64,000 nucleotides of DNA from a virus (IMGVR_UViG_3300042296_000700:43128-107127), one strand, 5' to 3'; numbered from the stretch's first letter, positions 1-9,856 are shown. A program made the numbers and translations. Notes: generated by a model not told the origin, from the letters alone.

Positions 1-2
1 GA

Positions 3-197
3 CCATTCGCTGCCGCTGTAGCAAACGGAAACATCCGACTAGTTCGCGGTCCGTGGCTGACGGACTTCCTTGACGAAATGTCTTCATTCCCAGAAGCATG
101 CAACCACGATGACCAAGTTGACTCCTGCGTAGGCGCTTTCACATATTTAGCAGGCTTGGGGTTGCCTCAACGGCGAAGGGCTGCTATTCTCATCTGA
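3..197 (+). CDS. terL: Terminase large subunit, C-terminal nuclease domain (partial, 5' end outside window)
   Basis: Manual translation PFAAAVANGNIRLVRGPWLTDFLDEMSSFPEACNHDDQVDSCVGAF...; FP..HDDQVD is the typical TerL C-terminal RNase H-like motif. Confidence 0.85.
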   Translation, partial: PFAAAVANGNIRLVRGPWLTDFLDEMSSFPEACNHDDQVDSCVGAFTYLAGLGLPQRRRAAILI

Positions 198-228
198 CAT
201 AAACCATACTGAAACCTTGGAAGGTTAA

Positions 229-729
229 ATGACTGACGTAGACCTAATGCTAAAAAACCTTATGGCTTCCTTGATGGAAGCAGACAAACTGCTAAATGAA
301 TTTGCTGAAAGTAACCCTGACCTAAAAGATGTTGGCGTAACAGTTGTTGAACTCCATTCCCTCAAAGCGGCAATGGGCGACATCTACTCAACTTTCTCCG
401 CAAAAGCAGTCAAACTGTTTGAAGAAGCAGAAGTCATGGATATGTCTCTTGGCGAAAGTCGCATTGAGGTAAGAGGTGCAGCAGACCGAAAGCAATGGGA
501 GCACCCACGACTCATGGCGGAAGTAGCAAGACGATTAGTCTTTGAATCAATTGACATGGAAACAGGCGAGATAATGGTTTCGCCTGAGCAGTTAATTTTA
601 AAGGTTTTGGATTTCGTTCAGCCTTCATACTGGCGAATCAAAGAACTCTCAAAAATAGGTATCAACGCAGACAAATTCTGCGAAGTTGGAGAACACAAAA
701 CAAACATTATTGTTAGAAAGGGCAAGTAA
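229..729 (+). CDS. Hypothetical phage protein
   Basis: 166-aa ORF with GGAAGG RBS; in an operon with recombination genes. Confidence 0.7.
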   Translation: MTDVDLMLKNLMASLMEADKLLNEFAESNPDLKDVGVTVVELHSLKAAMGDIYSTFSAKAVKLFEEAEVMDMSLGESRIEVRGAADRKQWEHPRLMAEVARRLVFESIDMETGEIMVSPEQLILKVLDFVQPSYWRIKELSKIGINADKFCEVGEHKTNIIVRKGK

Positions 730-734
730 CAGAC

Positions 735-1523
735 ATGGCAACAGTAAAGAAAACTACTGCAGTAAACGAGGACTCTTCCACTATTGGAGAGTATGAGATT
801 CAGAGTGCTTTTGATTGGGCGAAGGAACGGGCACGCGCACGCGATGAACGCTCAAAACTATTAGTCCAAATGGGCAAAGAACTATCTGAACCATTCGCTC
901 CCGAAGTTGAAAAAATACTCAAAAAGGGCGGAGCATCACTCACCTACATCCCTGTGAGCGAAGTAATCAATCGTCTCAATAAAGTATTTGGGATTGACGG
1001 GTGGAGTAGTGAGATTGTTAAATGTGAACGTGACCAACTTGACCCCGAGTTCATCGTTGCATGTGTACGACTCACAGTGTCTGTTGATGGCGACCATTAC
1101 GGAACTGTTTCAAAAGATGGTTACGGCGGACAGAAAATTAAGCGCATGAAAAATGGCGACATTGTTGACTTGGGTGACGAGTTCAAGGGCGCAGTTTCTG
1201 ACGCACTCAAGAAAGCAGCACAGCAATTTGGTATCGGTCTTTACCTTGCAAGAAGCGAAGAGGCTCTCAGTCTTGATGAAGCGGAAGAAGTAGCAGCATC
1301 AGCACCTCAAGTGAGTGAGAAGTATCCTCAATTCAAAACCTTTTTGGACAAGTTCACTCCTGAGCAAAAAGGTGAAGTTAAGCAGTTTTGGACGAAGGTT
1401 AGCGATGGCAGACCAACACCGAAGCCACATGAATTCACTGACAAGGAATTGCAATCCCTTATTGCGGAATGTGTTCGCATTGAATTCGGGGGCATTACTT
1501 TAGATGAATCCCACAACGGATAA
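735..1523 (+). CDS. Rad52/Rad22-family (Sak-like) ssDNA annealing protein
   Basis: LTYIPVSEVINRLNKVFGIDGWS, KDGYGG and FKGAVSDALKKAAQQFGIGLYL motifs. Confidence 0.85.
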   Translation: MATVKKTTAVNEDSSTIGEYEIQSAFDWAKERARARDERSKLLVQMGKELSEPFAPEVEKILKKGGASLTYIPVSEVINRLNKVFGIDGWSSEIVKCERDQLDPEFIVACVRLTVSVDGDHYGTVSKDGYGGQKIKRMKNGDIVDLGDEFKGAVSDALKKAAQQFGIGLYLARSEEALSLDEAEEVAASAPQVSEKYPQFKTFLDKFTPEQKGEVKQFWTKVSDGRPTPKPHEFTDKELQSLIAECVRIEFGGITLDESHNG

Positions 1524-2283
1524 TTTACCTCTAATACCTCCGCCTCACTTATCGGCGTCTTCAATATCAACATTTCAGCAATGCCCTCTGCGGTATAAGT
1601 ATTCTCGCATTGACAATTTGCCTGAGCCACCATCGGTTGACTCATTAAGAGGCAACTTTGTGCATGATGTTCTTGAAAATGTTTACCGAGAAGAATCTGC
1701 GGTTCGGACACTGTCCACTGCTAGGGCGATTGCTAAAACAATTTGGGCAGACTATGAGGAACGGGCACACACTGTGGCTCGCTCCGAAGAAGCCATTAGG
1801 AGATTCAAAGCAACCGCATGGTATTGCATTGAAAATCTTTTCAACATGGAAGACCCAAAAAAATTAGAATTTGATGGTCTTGAGGCTGAAATCAACCACG
1901 AAGTTAGTGGCGTTCGTGTTAAAGGATTCATTGACAGATGGAACCGTTCTGATGGAGGCATCGTAATTGGTGACTACAAAACAGGAAAAACTCCAGCACC
2001 CAAATATGTAGACGACAAATTTTTCCAACTCCTTCTATACGGCGTAGTGCTTCGTGAACAGTTGAACGAAGACATCGTTGGCTTGGAGTTACTTTACATC
2101 AAAGACGGCGACCGCCTTAAGAAAACGCCAACAGAATTAGACATGCAAAATGTCCATGAAACTGTTGTAGAAATAAAAAACAAAATTGATGCCCGATGTG
2201 TGACTGGTGAGTTTGAATACAAACCATCACGTCTATGCGACTGGTGTTCATTTAAACCAATATGCCCCCACTGGAGAAAATAA
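1504..2283 (+). CDS. PD-(D/E)xK RecB/AddB/Cas4-like exonuclease with Fe-S clamp
   Basis: LSASSI..F.QCP, GFIDR, GDYKTGK, QLLLY and C-terminal CDWC...C. Confidence 0.85.
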   Translation: MNPTTDNLPLIPPPHLSASSISTFQQCPLRYKYSRIDNLPEPPSVDSLRGNFVHDVLENVYREESAVRTLSTARAIAKTIWADYEERAHTVARSEEAIRRFKATAWYCIENLFNMEDPKKLEFDGLEAEINHEVSGVRVKGFIDRWNRSDGGIVIGDYKTGKTPAPKYVDDKFFQLLLYGVVLREQLNEDIVGLELLYIKDGDRLKKTPTELDMQNVHETVVEIKNKIDARCVTGEFEYKPSRLCDWCSFKPICPHWRK

Positions 2284-2798
2284 TGAATGACGATACTTTT
2301 GCACGCGTAGTAGCCGAGGATGTGAAAAATCGTGCTAGTGATGCACAACGCGATTACTTGATGCTTCCTGAAAACTGGAGCAAATGGCAACGTGCTCTAA
2401 AGACGCTTGAAGCAAACCTTGCTGACCAACTCGTAAGTATTCAAGAACACGAGATGGGGCAGATTGCCACATATAAGGCTCTTGGTAAAGATGGCATCAA
2501 ACTAGTTGCTGAGGCTGCTGCCGAATTTGAGAGCCGTCGCAAGAAGATTGAACGATTCAAATTCCACGTTACGAATCGCCTTGATGAGGTATCGCGCATG
2601 ATTGCCATGGGGACTGATGCTGTTGATGAGCGACTCAAAACAGTGGACTTTTTACGCCGTGCTATTGAGCAACATCGGACAATGATGACATCGTATGACC
2701 TTGAACCAACACCAATTGATGTCGCATTATGGGCAACGCTTGATGGGCGCTGGGAGTTTGACAATCTCTCAGAAGACGACATTCTCGCATTTTCATGA
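2283..2798 (+). CDS. Hypothetical helical protein
   Basis: ORF coupled to neighbours; start taken at ATG 2283 (TAATG overlap). Confidence 0.65.
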   Translation: MNDDTFARVVAEDVKNRASDAQRDYLMLPENWSKWQRALKTLEANLADQLVSIQEHEMGQIATYKALGKDGIKLVAEAAAEFESRRKKIERFKFHVTNRLDEVSRMIAMGTDAVDERLKTVDFLRRAIEQHRTMMTSYDLEPTPIDVALWATLDGRWEFDNLSEDDILAFS

Positions 2799-3958
2799 CT
2801 CGTCAACGGATGTTCTTGGACACTTCGTGCGTTGAAGCCGCTCGCGAACGGATGCGACATGTCTACGATACTTTTGACACTGTTTGCGTACAATTCTCGG
2901 GTGGTAAAGACTCAACCGCGATTCTTTATCTTGCAAAAGAAATCCATGAAGAAAGAAACCTTGGACCAGTCAAGGTAATTTTCAGGGATGAAGAAATGGT
3001 CAGCCCATTAGTTATTGACTTCATTATGAAGGTTCGCGACTATGACTGGGTAGACATGGAGTGGTATTGCTTGCCAGTTGGGCAAGAGGTCTGGGTTCTT
3101 GGGCGACGTGAATACTGTTTACTTTGGTCTCCAGAACGAGCAAAAAGAAACATGCTCATTCGTCAGATGCCATCGTTTGCTATTCGTGCAGAACATTTTG
3201 GGATTGACCCATCACGCCCAATACCTGAAACCATTGACTTCTATACGATGCAAGGCAAAAAGGGTCGTACCGCTTTCATTACGGGCGTGCGGGCGAATGA
3301 GTCAATGATTCGTTATCGTTCCTGTGTTCAGAAACTCCACGAGAATTACATCAATATTCCTTTCAGGATGAAAAAGTCTGTACCCCTAAGGTTTGCTAAA
3401 GTCATTTATGACTGGACAACCGATGACGTTTTAAAGTTTATTACGGAGGAACATAATGGTGAATACTGTGAGTATTACGATTTGGCGGCGATTACGGGAA
3501 GCAACACGCGCGTGGGCATTCCGCTACATGCAGTGGCGGCACGGCGCTTAGGTGACGTTGTTGCAACAGAGCCAGAGTTCTTTGACAGGCTCTACGAGTG
3601 TTACCCCCATGTGGATGCCCAGCGCCGCTGGTGGAGTGAGTTTAACGTTGAAGGATTAATCGCTCAATACGTTGATGACGGGTGGGAGGGTGTTCGTGAT
3701 TGCATTGAAGACAATATGCTCACACCAGGAATACAGGGTGCTGCAATGAAGTTTGCTGGAGAATTCCGTCGCAAACAAGCAACTGACCCATTCGGCTACC
3801 CTCTTGATTCTTTAATCAGGACACTTTTGCTTAATGAGTTTCAGGTGACATCACCTAACCCAGTTGGTCCGAAAACACGGGCACACACGATACGAACTCT
3901 TGCTGCTCAGCAAGAACAAGACCAAAACGACCTAGACAGTTTGGATGATTTTAAATGA
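2795..3958 (+). CDS. PAPS-reductase-family PP-loop protein (IbrA/YbdN/DUF3440-like)
   Basis: QFSGGKDS PP-loop, GVRANES..R, IYDWT.DDV. Confidence 0.85.
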   Translation: MTRQRMFLDTSCVEAARERMRHVYDTFDTVCVQFSGGKDSTAILYLAKEIHEERNLGPVKVIFRDEEMVSPLVIDFIMKVRDYDWVDMEWYCLPVGQEVWVLGRREYCLLWSPERAKRNMLIRQMPSFAIRAEHFGIDPSRPIPETIDFYTMQGKKGRTAFITGVRANESMIRYRSCVQKLHENYINIPFRMKKSVPLRFAKVIYDWTTDDVLKFITEEHNGEYCEYYDLAAITGSNTRVGIPLHAVAARRLGDVVATEPEFFDRLYECYPHVDAQRRWWSEFNVEGLIAQYVDDGWEGVRDCIEDNMLTPGIQGAAMKFAGEFRRKQATDPFGYPLDSLIRTLLLNEFQVTSPNPVGPKTRAHTIRTLAAQQEQDQNDLDSLDDFK

Positions 3959-4500
3959 ACATTATGGACGTGCCTGTAAATTCTATCAAGCCTGCCCCTT
4001 GGAGGGTTAATTACGTTTTGAAACCAGATATGCAATTGTTGAAAATTTCAATGATTGAGTATGGCTGGCTTCAGCCAATCATTGTTCGGGAGAGCACTGG
4101 CGAAATTATTGACGGTTTCCACAGGTGGTTAGTCGCGCAAGATAAAGATTTTTGGAAGAAGTACGGCGATGATGTTCCCGTTATCTATAGAGATGTTGAC
4201 AATATTGATGCGATGATTATGCACGTGCGCCTAAATAGGGCACGCGGTGACATTTTTGCCAAACCGTTCAGCAAACTTATTAGAACCATTGTCGTTTCTG
4301 ACAAATATTCAACTGACGACGTGGCAGACATGCTAAATATGTCGGCAGACGAGTTTGACCTCATGGTTACGGGCGGACTCCTGAAACAACGCAAAATTCC
4401 GCAACACCAGTATTCAAAGGCATGGGTTCCCATTGAGGCACCGAGCAAAGACGAACTTGACAAGCGGATTATTGAGCGTCCACCTAATGCTGATAGATGA
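3955..4500 (+). CDS. ParB/Srx N-terminal domain protein (IbrB/YbdM-like)
   Basis: GWLQPIIV, IIDGFHRW, HVRLNRARG; overlaps the PAPS-reductase stop. Confidence 0.85.
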   Translation: MNIMDVPVNSIKPAPWRVNYVLKPDMQLLKISMIEYGWLQPIIVRESTGEIIDGFHRWLVAQDKDFWKKYGDDVPVIYRDVDNIDAMIMHVRLNRARGDIFAKPFSKLIRTIVVSDKYSTDDVADMLNMSADEFDLMVTGGLLKQRKIPQHQYSKAWVPIEAPSKDELDKRIIERPPNADR

Positions 4501-4559
4501 TAAATGAAAGCGATTTAATGTGGTAATGTTGGTCAGACTCGCATTTGGAGGACTGGCTT

Positions 4560-4967
4560 ATGCCCACAAGCAATTTAACAGAAGATGTTGAATTTTTAAC
4601 TGATGTTGATACGCGTGGCGACGTTGTTCGTCGTGCCCGATTCATTCGTCGTCCTCGTCGTGTAGGCGGACGAAACGTACCAGGAAATGCACGTTACTAC
4701 CGTCGCCGTCAGCGTGAATTACTCGCTGGCAGGCGCGCGGCACAGCGAGCCGAGCGCGGTGGAGCACGGGCTGCCGCTGCTGGTCGCGCTGCACGTTCTG
4801 CAGGAGGTCGCGCCGCTCGGGCACCACGCGGTGCTGGAGGAGCAGCCCCCGCAGGTGGTCAGCGTCGCGCAGGGTTACTGACTCGTATTCGCCGCACCAT
4901 CAGAGATGCCGCACGACGCGTTCAGGCTAACCGCGCTAGAAAACGTCAAGCAGCAAACCGACGATAG
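4560..4967 (+). CDS. Arg/Ala/Gly-rich basic protein, possible DNA-condensing core protein
   Basis: About 37 Arg in 135 aa after a short acidic N-terminus; GGAGG RBS at 4547. Confidence 0.65.
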   Translation: MPTSNLTEDVEFLTDVDTRGDVVRRARFIRRPRRVGGRNVPGNARYYRRRQRELLAGRRAAQRAERGGARAAAAGRAARSAGGRAARAPRGAGGAAPAGGQRRAGLLTRIRRTIRDAARRVQANRARKRQAANRR

Positions 4968-4981
4968 GGAGGTAACCAGCC

Positions 4982-5848
4982 ATGCTGGTATCTATTTCTG
5001 ACCTTTCCATGTATATGGATGTTAGGTTCAGCATTCGTCAAGAAGAGGCTGCTGCATTTATTCTTGAAGGTCTTCAAAGTGAACTTGAGGGCTACTTGCG
5101 TCGTCCTGTGGAACTAACAGATTTTGTAGAGACTTATGTTCTTGAATCAAACTTTGTTGGTGTACCGATGTCGTCGTTCTTCTCAAATGAGACATCCACG
5201 TCAGATGACTCTATTGGGACGGTTACATACGCTCAGCCTCCGCAGACTATCTATATTCGTAATTCTCCAGTTGTTTCGGTGCAGCAGGTGGCTGTTTCCA
5301 GTCTTACCGAAACTGGTCGTGTTCTTGGCGAAGCGGTAAGAAGGACTGCAAACATCACTTCGGTAACTGTCGCTGGAACAACTGTTACCTATACGGCTGC
5401 CAACCACGGTTTTACTGTTGGGCAGAACATTAAGGTAAGTGGTTTGAGTACTGCTGCTTTAAATCTTTCTTCTAATGTAATTTCTTCTGTTACTACTACT
5501 ACTTTCACAGTGACACAAACTGGTCTTACTGCGGGAACTTTCGCTCAAACTGGAACAGTGGTTGCAGTCGGAAATGATTACACCGTCAGAAGGTATGGAA
5601 TTGACTTCTATCGTGGTTTTGCTAATGACGTCGTCACCATCTCCTACAAAGCAGGTTTGGCGGGAGATGGCATAAAGGTTTTCCGTTTGATGATTCTTCG
5701 TGCCGCTACACGCGAAATGCAAAACATGCACGATGACGTTGTAGGTATTAAGGACTTGGAGACAAGAAATGTCGCTTCCCTTGAAACTGGTTTCCTTGAA
5801 AAAGAACTTGCCGCAGTAAAACGCTGGCGACGGAGCCGCGTCTCTTGA
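4982..5848 (+). CDS. Head-tail adaptor/neck protein with inserted FCCH-like beta domain
   Basis: N-terminal gp6/gp15-like helices, VTISYKAG motif, internal ..NHGFTVGQNIKVSG insert; position before tail genes. Confidence 0.65.
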   Translation: MLVSISDLSMYMDVRFSIRQEEAAAFILEGLQSELEGYLRRPVELTDFVETYVLESNFVGVPMSSFFSNETSTSDDSIGTVTYAQPPQTIYIRNSPVVSVQQVAVSSLTETGRVLGEAVRRTANITSVTVAGTTVTYTAANHGFTVGQNIKVSGLSTAALNLSSNVISSVTTTTFTVTQTGLTAGTFAQTGTVVAVGNDYTVRRYGIDFYRGFANDVVTISYKAGLAGDGIKVFRLMILRAATREMQNMHDDVVGIKDLETRNVASLETGFLEKELAAVKRWRRSRVS

Positions 5849-6303
5849 TTCGCATAAACATTGAATGTGATGCGGATGATGCCATCAAGTTCCTTGATGG
5901 GATGATTGACCGTAGTCAAAATTTTACGGTTGTTTTTCAATGGGCTAAAAGATATTTGGCTAAAGCAAATTCGGAGAACTTTACTAGTGGTGGGTTGCCT
6001 GTTGGTGGTTGGTCTCCTTTGAAGCCTAAGTATTCTGCATGGAAGGCAGTGAGATTCCCCGGCATGCCGCTCATGCAGCAAACTGGAAAGTTGTTTCGTG
6101 ACTTAGCGAGCCTTAATGGTTCCCCTAATGAGATAAATCCAACTAGCGCAACATTCGGAACACGTATTGAATATGCTAAATTTCATCAGTATGGGACGAC
6201 GCGCATGCCGAAGCGAGAAATTGTTTTTGAACCACCATTGTTCGCCAAGGAATTGGCAGAAAAGGCAGCCAAGCACGTTGTTGGGAAAGCGGGTGCTTTG
6301 TAA
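5845..6303 (+). CDS. Virion morphogenesis / tail completion protein (Mu gpG, P2 gpS-like)
   Basis: W.PL...Y, L.QTG.L, FGTRIEYAKFHQYGTTRMPKR. Confidence 0.8.
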   Translation: MIRINIECDADDAIKFLDGMIDRSQNFTVVFQWAKRYLAKANSENFTSGGLPVGGWSPLKPKYSAWKAVRFPGMPLMQQTGKLFRDLASLNGSPNEINPTSATFGTRIEYAKFHQYGTTRMPKREIVFEPPLFAKELAEKAAKHVVGKAGAL

Positions 6304-6899
6304 TGCCTAGTAACGAAGATGTTGTCATGTTTGGCGCCCATTACGCTAAAGAGGTTGTAAATAATTACCTTGAATATGATATCCCGCGACGCCTAATCAG
6401 ATACAGGAATGCATGGGGCGTGGACGACTACGCACTTCCCTCGCCGCAAAAGTATTTGGTGTACGAGCCAATCGCTCTTGACCATTGGCCGACGCTGATT
6501 ACCGTTGTTATCTCCACAAATTCATTTGACAGAATGATGAATTATGGTGGCGGTGACCCCCTTTACCGTGTTTCTTATTCAATGCGAACATACATTTGGG
6601 CTAAGACTGAGGGTTCAGAGGAAGTCACGTTGATGCGTGACAGGCTTTCTACTGTCGTCAGGTCTGCGTTGCTTGACTCGCCTTGCATGAAGGGTCTTTC
6701 GCAACCAGTTGTGGATGTAATGCTTGACGAAAGCACGATGAGGGAAGAGTTTTCTGATTTGACGCTCATAAAAGGCGACCGTGTACTAGCGGGAGCATAC
6801 ATAGGGTATGATTTATACTTGAACGAACTTGTTTACCGTCAACCTATTGGTGAGGTAACAGAGATTGAAACAGAAACCATCAATATGCGAGGTTTGTAA
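6303..6899 (+). CDS. Probable tail terminator protein
   Basis: Position between morphogenesis gene and sheath; size and beta-rich pattern. Confidence 0.5.
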   Translation: MPSNEDVVMFGAHYAKEVVNNYLEYDIPRRLIRYRNAWGVDDYALPSPQKYLVYEPIALDHWPTLITVVISTNSFDRMMNYGGGDPLYRVSYSMRTYIWAKTEGSEEVTLMRDRLSTVVRSALLDSPCMKGLSQPVVDVMLDESTMREEFSDLTLIKGDRVLAGAYIGYDLYLNELVYRQPIGEVTEIETETINMRGL

Positions 6900-7267
6900 T
6901 GGCACAAATTAATGTATGGAACGCGACAAGTCATGTTGTAGTTCTTGACAACGGCGCAATGCTTGACCCAGCGCAAATTTCATCGGCAGACGGCGACGAC
7001 GAGGGTATCAAAGCACTTCTTCAAAATGGTGAAATTATCAACGTAGACGCCGTGGAAGAGGCTCCCCAGCCACTGCCAAGTGTTGAAGAGATGAATGAGG
7101 ATTCGGCAAAATATGCCGCAAAATCAAAATCTACAAAATCAAAACGGAATGTTTCTGAAGATACTGAAGTCAGCGAAGAAAATACAGTACAATTACTTAG
7201 CGATTCAAACAACGAAGTTGAAAATGAGACACCGTCTGATTCAATACTTCCTGAAGATAGCGAATGA
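6899..7267 (+). CDS. Hypothetical protein with acidic low-complexity tail
   Basis: ORF just upstream of the sheath gene. Confidence 0.55.
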   Translation: MAQINVWNATSHVVVLDNGAMLDPAQISSADGDDEGIKALLQNGEIINVDAVEEAPQPLPSVEEMNEDSAKYAAKSKSTKSKRNVSEDTEVSEENTVQLLSDSNNEVENETPSDSILPEDSE

Positions 7268-7329
7268 CTTGAGTATAATCACTCAAAGAAGAATTCATTA
7301 GAGTTTTCAATTAGCACGGAGGATGGCGA

Positions 7330-8808
7330 ATGCCTGGTGTACAAATTACAACTGCAGTACGTACAGGGCCTGCAGTAACTGGTACTGCTCCCGACTCAAC
7401 ATTTTTTATTGTTGGTCGTACGGAGCGAGGGACAGACTCTGGGGCTAAACTCGTAACTAGTCTTGATGAGTACGTAACGTACTTTGGTGGCTACGTAGCC
7501 GACCAGTACACTTACTCAAGTGTTCGCACGTTCTTTGAAGAGGGTGGAGCAAATTGCTACGTCTCTCGCGCATCTGCTGCTGACGGCGTTGCTGCCTTCC
7601 GTGACTGCGCCGCCGCAACAGGCGGAATCAAACTTACTGCTGTCGGCAAGGGAACATGGGGCAATAATATCGGCATTCTTGTTACCGTCGCTGGTGGCAC
7701 GATGGCTGTCACGTTAACCTACGGAGCAACCCCTGTAACATTTTTCTCTGTAACCGTCAGCAGCATTGCTGAACTTGTTACAGCATTAGAGAACGACCTT
7801 GTCGCCCCTAACTATGTTTCTGTTGCGCTTCTCGCTTCAACAAACACAAGCACCCTCCTCACAACGATGGCTACAGCAGGTTCACTTGCAACTGGTTCTG
7901 ACGGCGCCATTGCTCTTACCGATTACACCGCCGCACTTGGCGACTTCACCGAAGAACTCGGTGGCGGATGTGTAGCAATCCCAGGTGTCGCTACTGGCAC
8001 AATCGGCACAGACGACGATGTCTATGAAGCAATCAAGACACACGCCATGCAGTTCAACCGCATCGGTCTCTGTTCTTTCGCAAGCGGAGCATCAGATTCA
8101 GCGGTTCGTACGAACTCAACAACGTACGGCGCTTCTGACAACACTGGTCACGAATACCTTGCATTCTTCTACCCATGGGTAACAATCCCATCAGGTACTG
8201 GCGTCACACTCACCATTCCGCCTGAAGGATATGTTGCAGCCGTACGGTCAAAGACACAGAACTCAACTGGTTCATGGAAAGCGTATGCTGGTGTTGCTTC
8301 AAATGCACGATTCGTCACTGGAATCGCTACCGCCATCAGTGCAACCACTGGCGACCTGCTTGACGCAGCACGCGTCAACGCACTTCGTGTGATTTCTAAC
8401 GACATCCGCATCTACGGTGCCCGTTCACACTCAACGGTGACTGCACAGTGGCGTTTCATCACGGCACGTGAAGTTATCAACTATGTGGTCAACCAAGCCA
8501 ACATCGCTCTTGAGCCGCTCGTTTTCTCAACAATTGATGGTCGTAAGACGATTTATGCTGACGTTACTGCAGCACTTCAGTCAGTGCTTGAACCAGTCCG
8601 TATCGCTGGAGGCTTGTACGAAGGCTTCAACGCTGCTGGCAAGCGCCTTGACTACGGTTACACCATCAAGGTTGATGACGCTCTGAACCCTGCAAGTCAA
8701 CTGGAAACAGGACTTATCAAGGCTCAGGTCGGTATCCGAGTCTCCACTATTGGTGACAAGATTACTGTCAATATCGTTAAGTCAAACCTGACAACCGCTC
8801 TGGTATAA
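7330..8808 (+). CDS. Tail sheath protein
   Basis: MPGVQI start, FFEEGG..CYVSR, FFYPWV, PPEGYVA, IYGARS, WRFI..R. Confidence 0.92.
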   Translation: MPGVQITTAVRTGPAVTGTAPDSTFFIVGRTERGTDSGAKLVTSLDEYVTYFGGYVADQYTYSSVRTFFEEGGANCYVSRASAADGVAAFRDCAAATGGIKLTAVGKGTWGNNIGILVTVAGGTMAVTLTYGATPVTFFSVTVSSIAELVTALENDLVAPNYVSVALLASTNTSTLLTTMATAGSLATGSDGAIALTDYTAALGDFTEELGGGCVAIPGVATGTIGTDDDVYEAIKTHAMQFNRIGLCSFASGASDSAVRTNSTTYGASDNTGHEYLAFFYPWVTIPSGTGVTLTIPPEGYVAAVRSKTQNSTGSWKAYAGVASNARFVTGIATAISATTGDLLDAARVNALRVISNDIRIYGARSHSTVTAQWRFITAREVINYVVNQANIALEPLVFSTIDGRKTIYADVTAALQSVLEPVRIAGGLYEGFNAAGKRLDYGYTIKVDDALNPASQLETGLIKAQVGIRVSTIGDKITVNIVKSNLTTALV

Positions 8809-8818
8809 CGGAGGAAAA

Positions 8819-9283
8819 ATGCCTGATTCAATGCGTAAACTCGCAGCACAACGCCAGATTGTGGCGAAGATTGCACCAAGTGTCTCTGGCACTGGTCAAC
8901 TCTTTGCCGACTACTTCACACAGGTTTCTGGTGGAGAGATTTCCGCTTCCGTGGAAAAGGTCTACCACGGCAAGTCGTTGTTCCCTGAGACACTGTGTGC
9001 CCCAGCAGAAATTGGCGACATCACCGTTACTGGCTATGTCTCCTATGACTCTTCGTTTCTTGTCAAGTTGCAAGACCTCCGTCAACTGGTAGGTCGTATC
9101 TATTACGATATTACTGTTCAAATATTTGACTGTGACCTTAGTGTTCCTGGTGCTGACCGCTTCTACTCCAAGGCTCTCCTTGTTGGTTTGAGCGAAGGCG
9201 AAGGCGATGCCTCCTCGGGAACTCCAGCAACTTTTGCGCTGACCTTCAGTATTTCAACTGTTTCTGTTCCAGCAACAGCATAA
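8819..9283 (+). CDS. Tail tube protein
   Basis: 154 aa directly after sheath; FTQVSGGEI and GDITVT patterns. Confidence 0.8.
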   Translation: MPDSMRKLAAQRQIVAKIAPSVSGTGQLFADYFTQVSGGEISASVEKVYHGKSLFPETLCAPAEIGDITVTGYVSYDSSFLVKLQDLRQLVGRIYYDITVQIFDCDLSVPGADRFYSKALLVGLSEGEGDASSGTPATFALTFSISTVSVPATA

Positions 9284-9337
9284 TTTTTTAAGGCAAGTTG
9301 CACTTGCGCTCAAGAAATATAGTGCTAGGCTCACGGC

Positions 9338-9856
9338 ATGGATGAAAACAACTCATATTCAATCGTAAGCAATATCCCTAGTGATACAAGCGACGAATCG
9401 TCAAACAATGTGCTGGCTGCTCTTAAGGCTGTTATCAGCAAGAGCGTAAAACGCCCTGACATTTATATTGAGATTCCAGAACGCCCAGGCGTTTCTGTGC
9501 GTGTTTCACCGAATATCACACAGCAACAGTTGAAAGCATGGCGCAAAAACGCTGGCGATGACACTAAGGCTGGAATGGACACCGTCAAGTTTGCTTGTGC
9601 CGTTATTGGTCATACGACAACTGGCATCGCTTTCAACAACGAAATTGTTAGCGATGACCGTGGAACTGCTGTCACTTTCGCTTCGCCAGAAATCCTTGCG
9701 ATGACGAACACGACACGCCCACTGCCAGATTGTGTAAAAGCATTCTTTGGTATTGAGCCTCACGTTGAAGCAGCCGCTGTAGCCATCATGGAGGCTTCAG
9801 GTTACGGAGATACGGTGGAAACCGCGGACCCTACGAGGACGTCCTCTTCAGACTGA
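9338..9856 (+). CDS. Tail assembly chaperone (G-like)
   Basis: Between tube and tape measure; ends ...ADPTRTSSSD. Confidence 0.75.
   Translation: MDENNSYSIVSNIPSDTSDESSNNVLAALKAVISKSVKRPDIYIEIPERPGVSVRVSPNITQQQLKAWRKNAGDDTKAGMDTVKFACAVIGHTTTGIAFNNEIVSDDRGTAVTFASPEILAMTNTTRPLPDCVKAFFGIEPHVEAAAVAIMEASGYGDTVETADPTRTSSSD

Noticed and set aside
1504-2283. CRISPR-associated cas4
   Set aside because: Context is a Sak annealase; a stand-alone phage recombination exonuclease is the simpler reading
2795-4500. Complete Dnd/Ssp phosphorothioation system or sulfate-assimilation cysH
   Set aside because: No cysteine desulfurase, DndD/E or SspB/C; the protein resembles the IbrA/DUF3440 type
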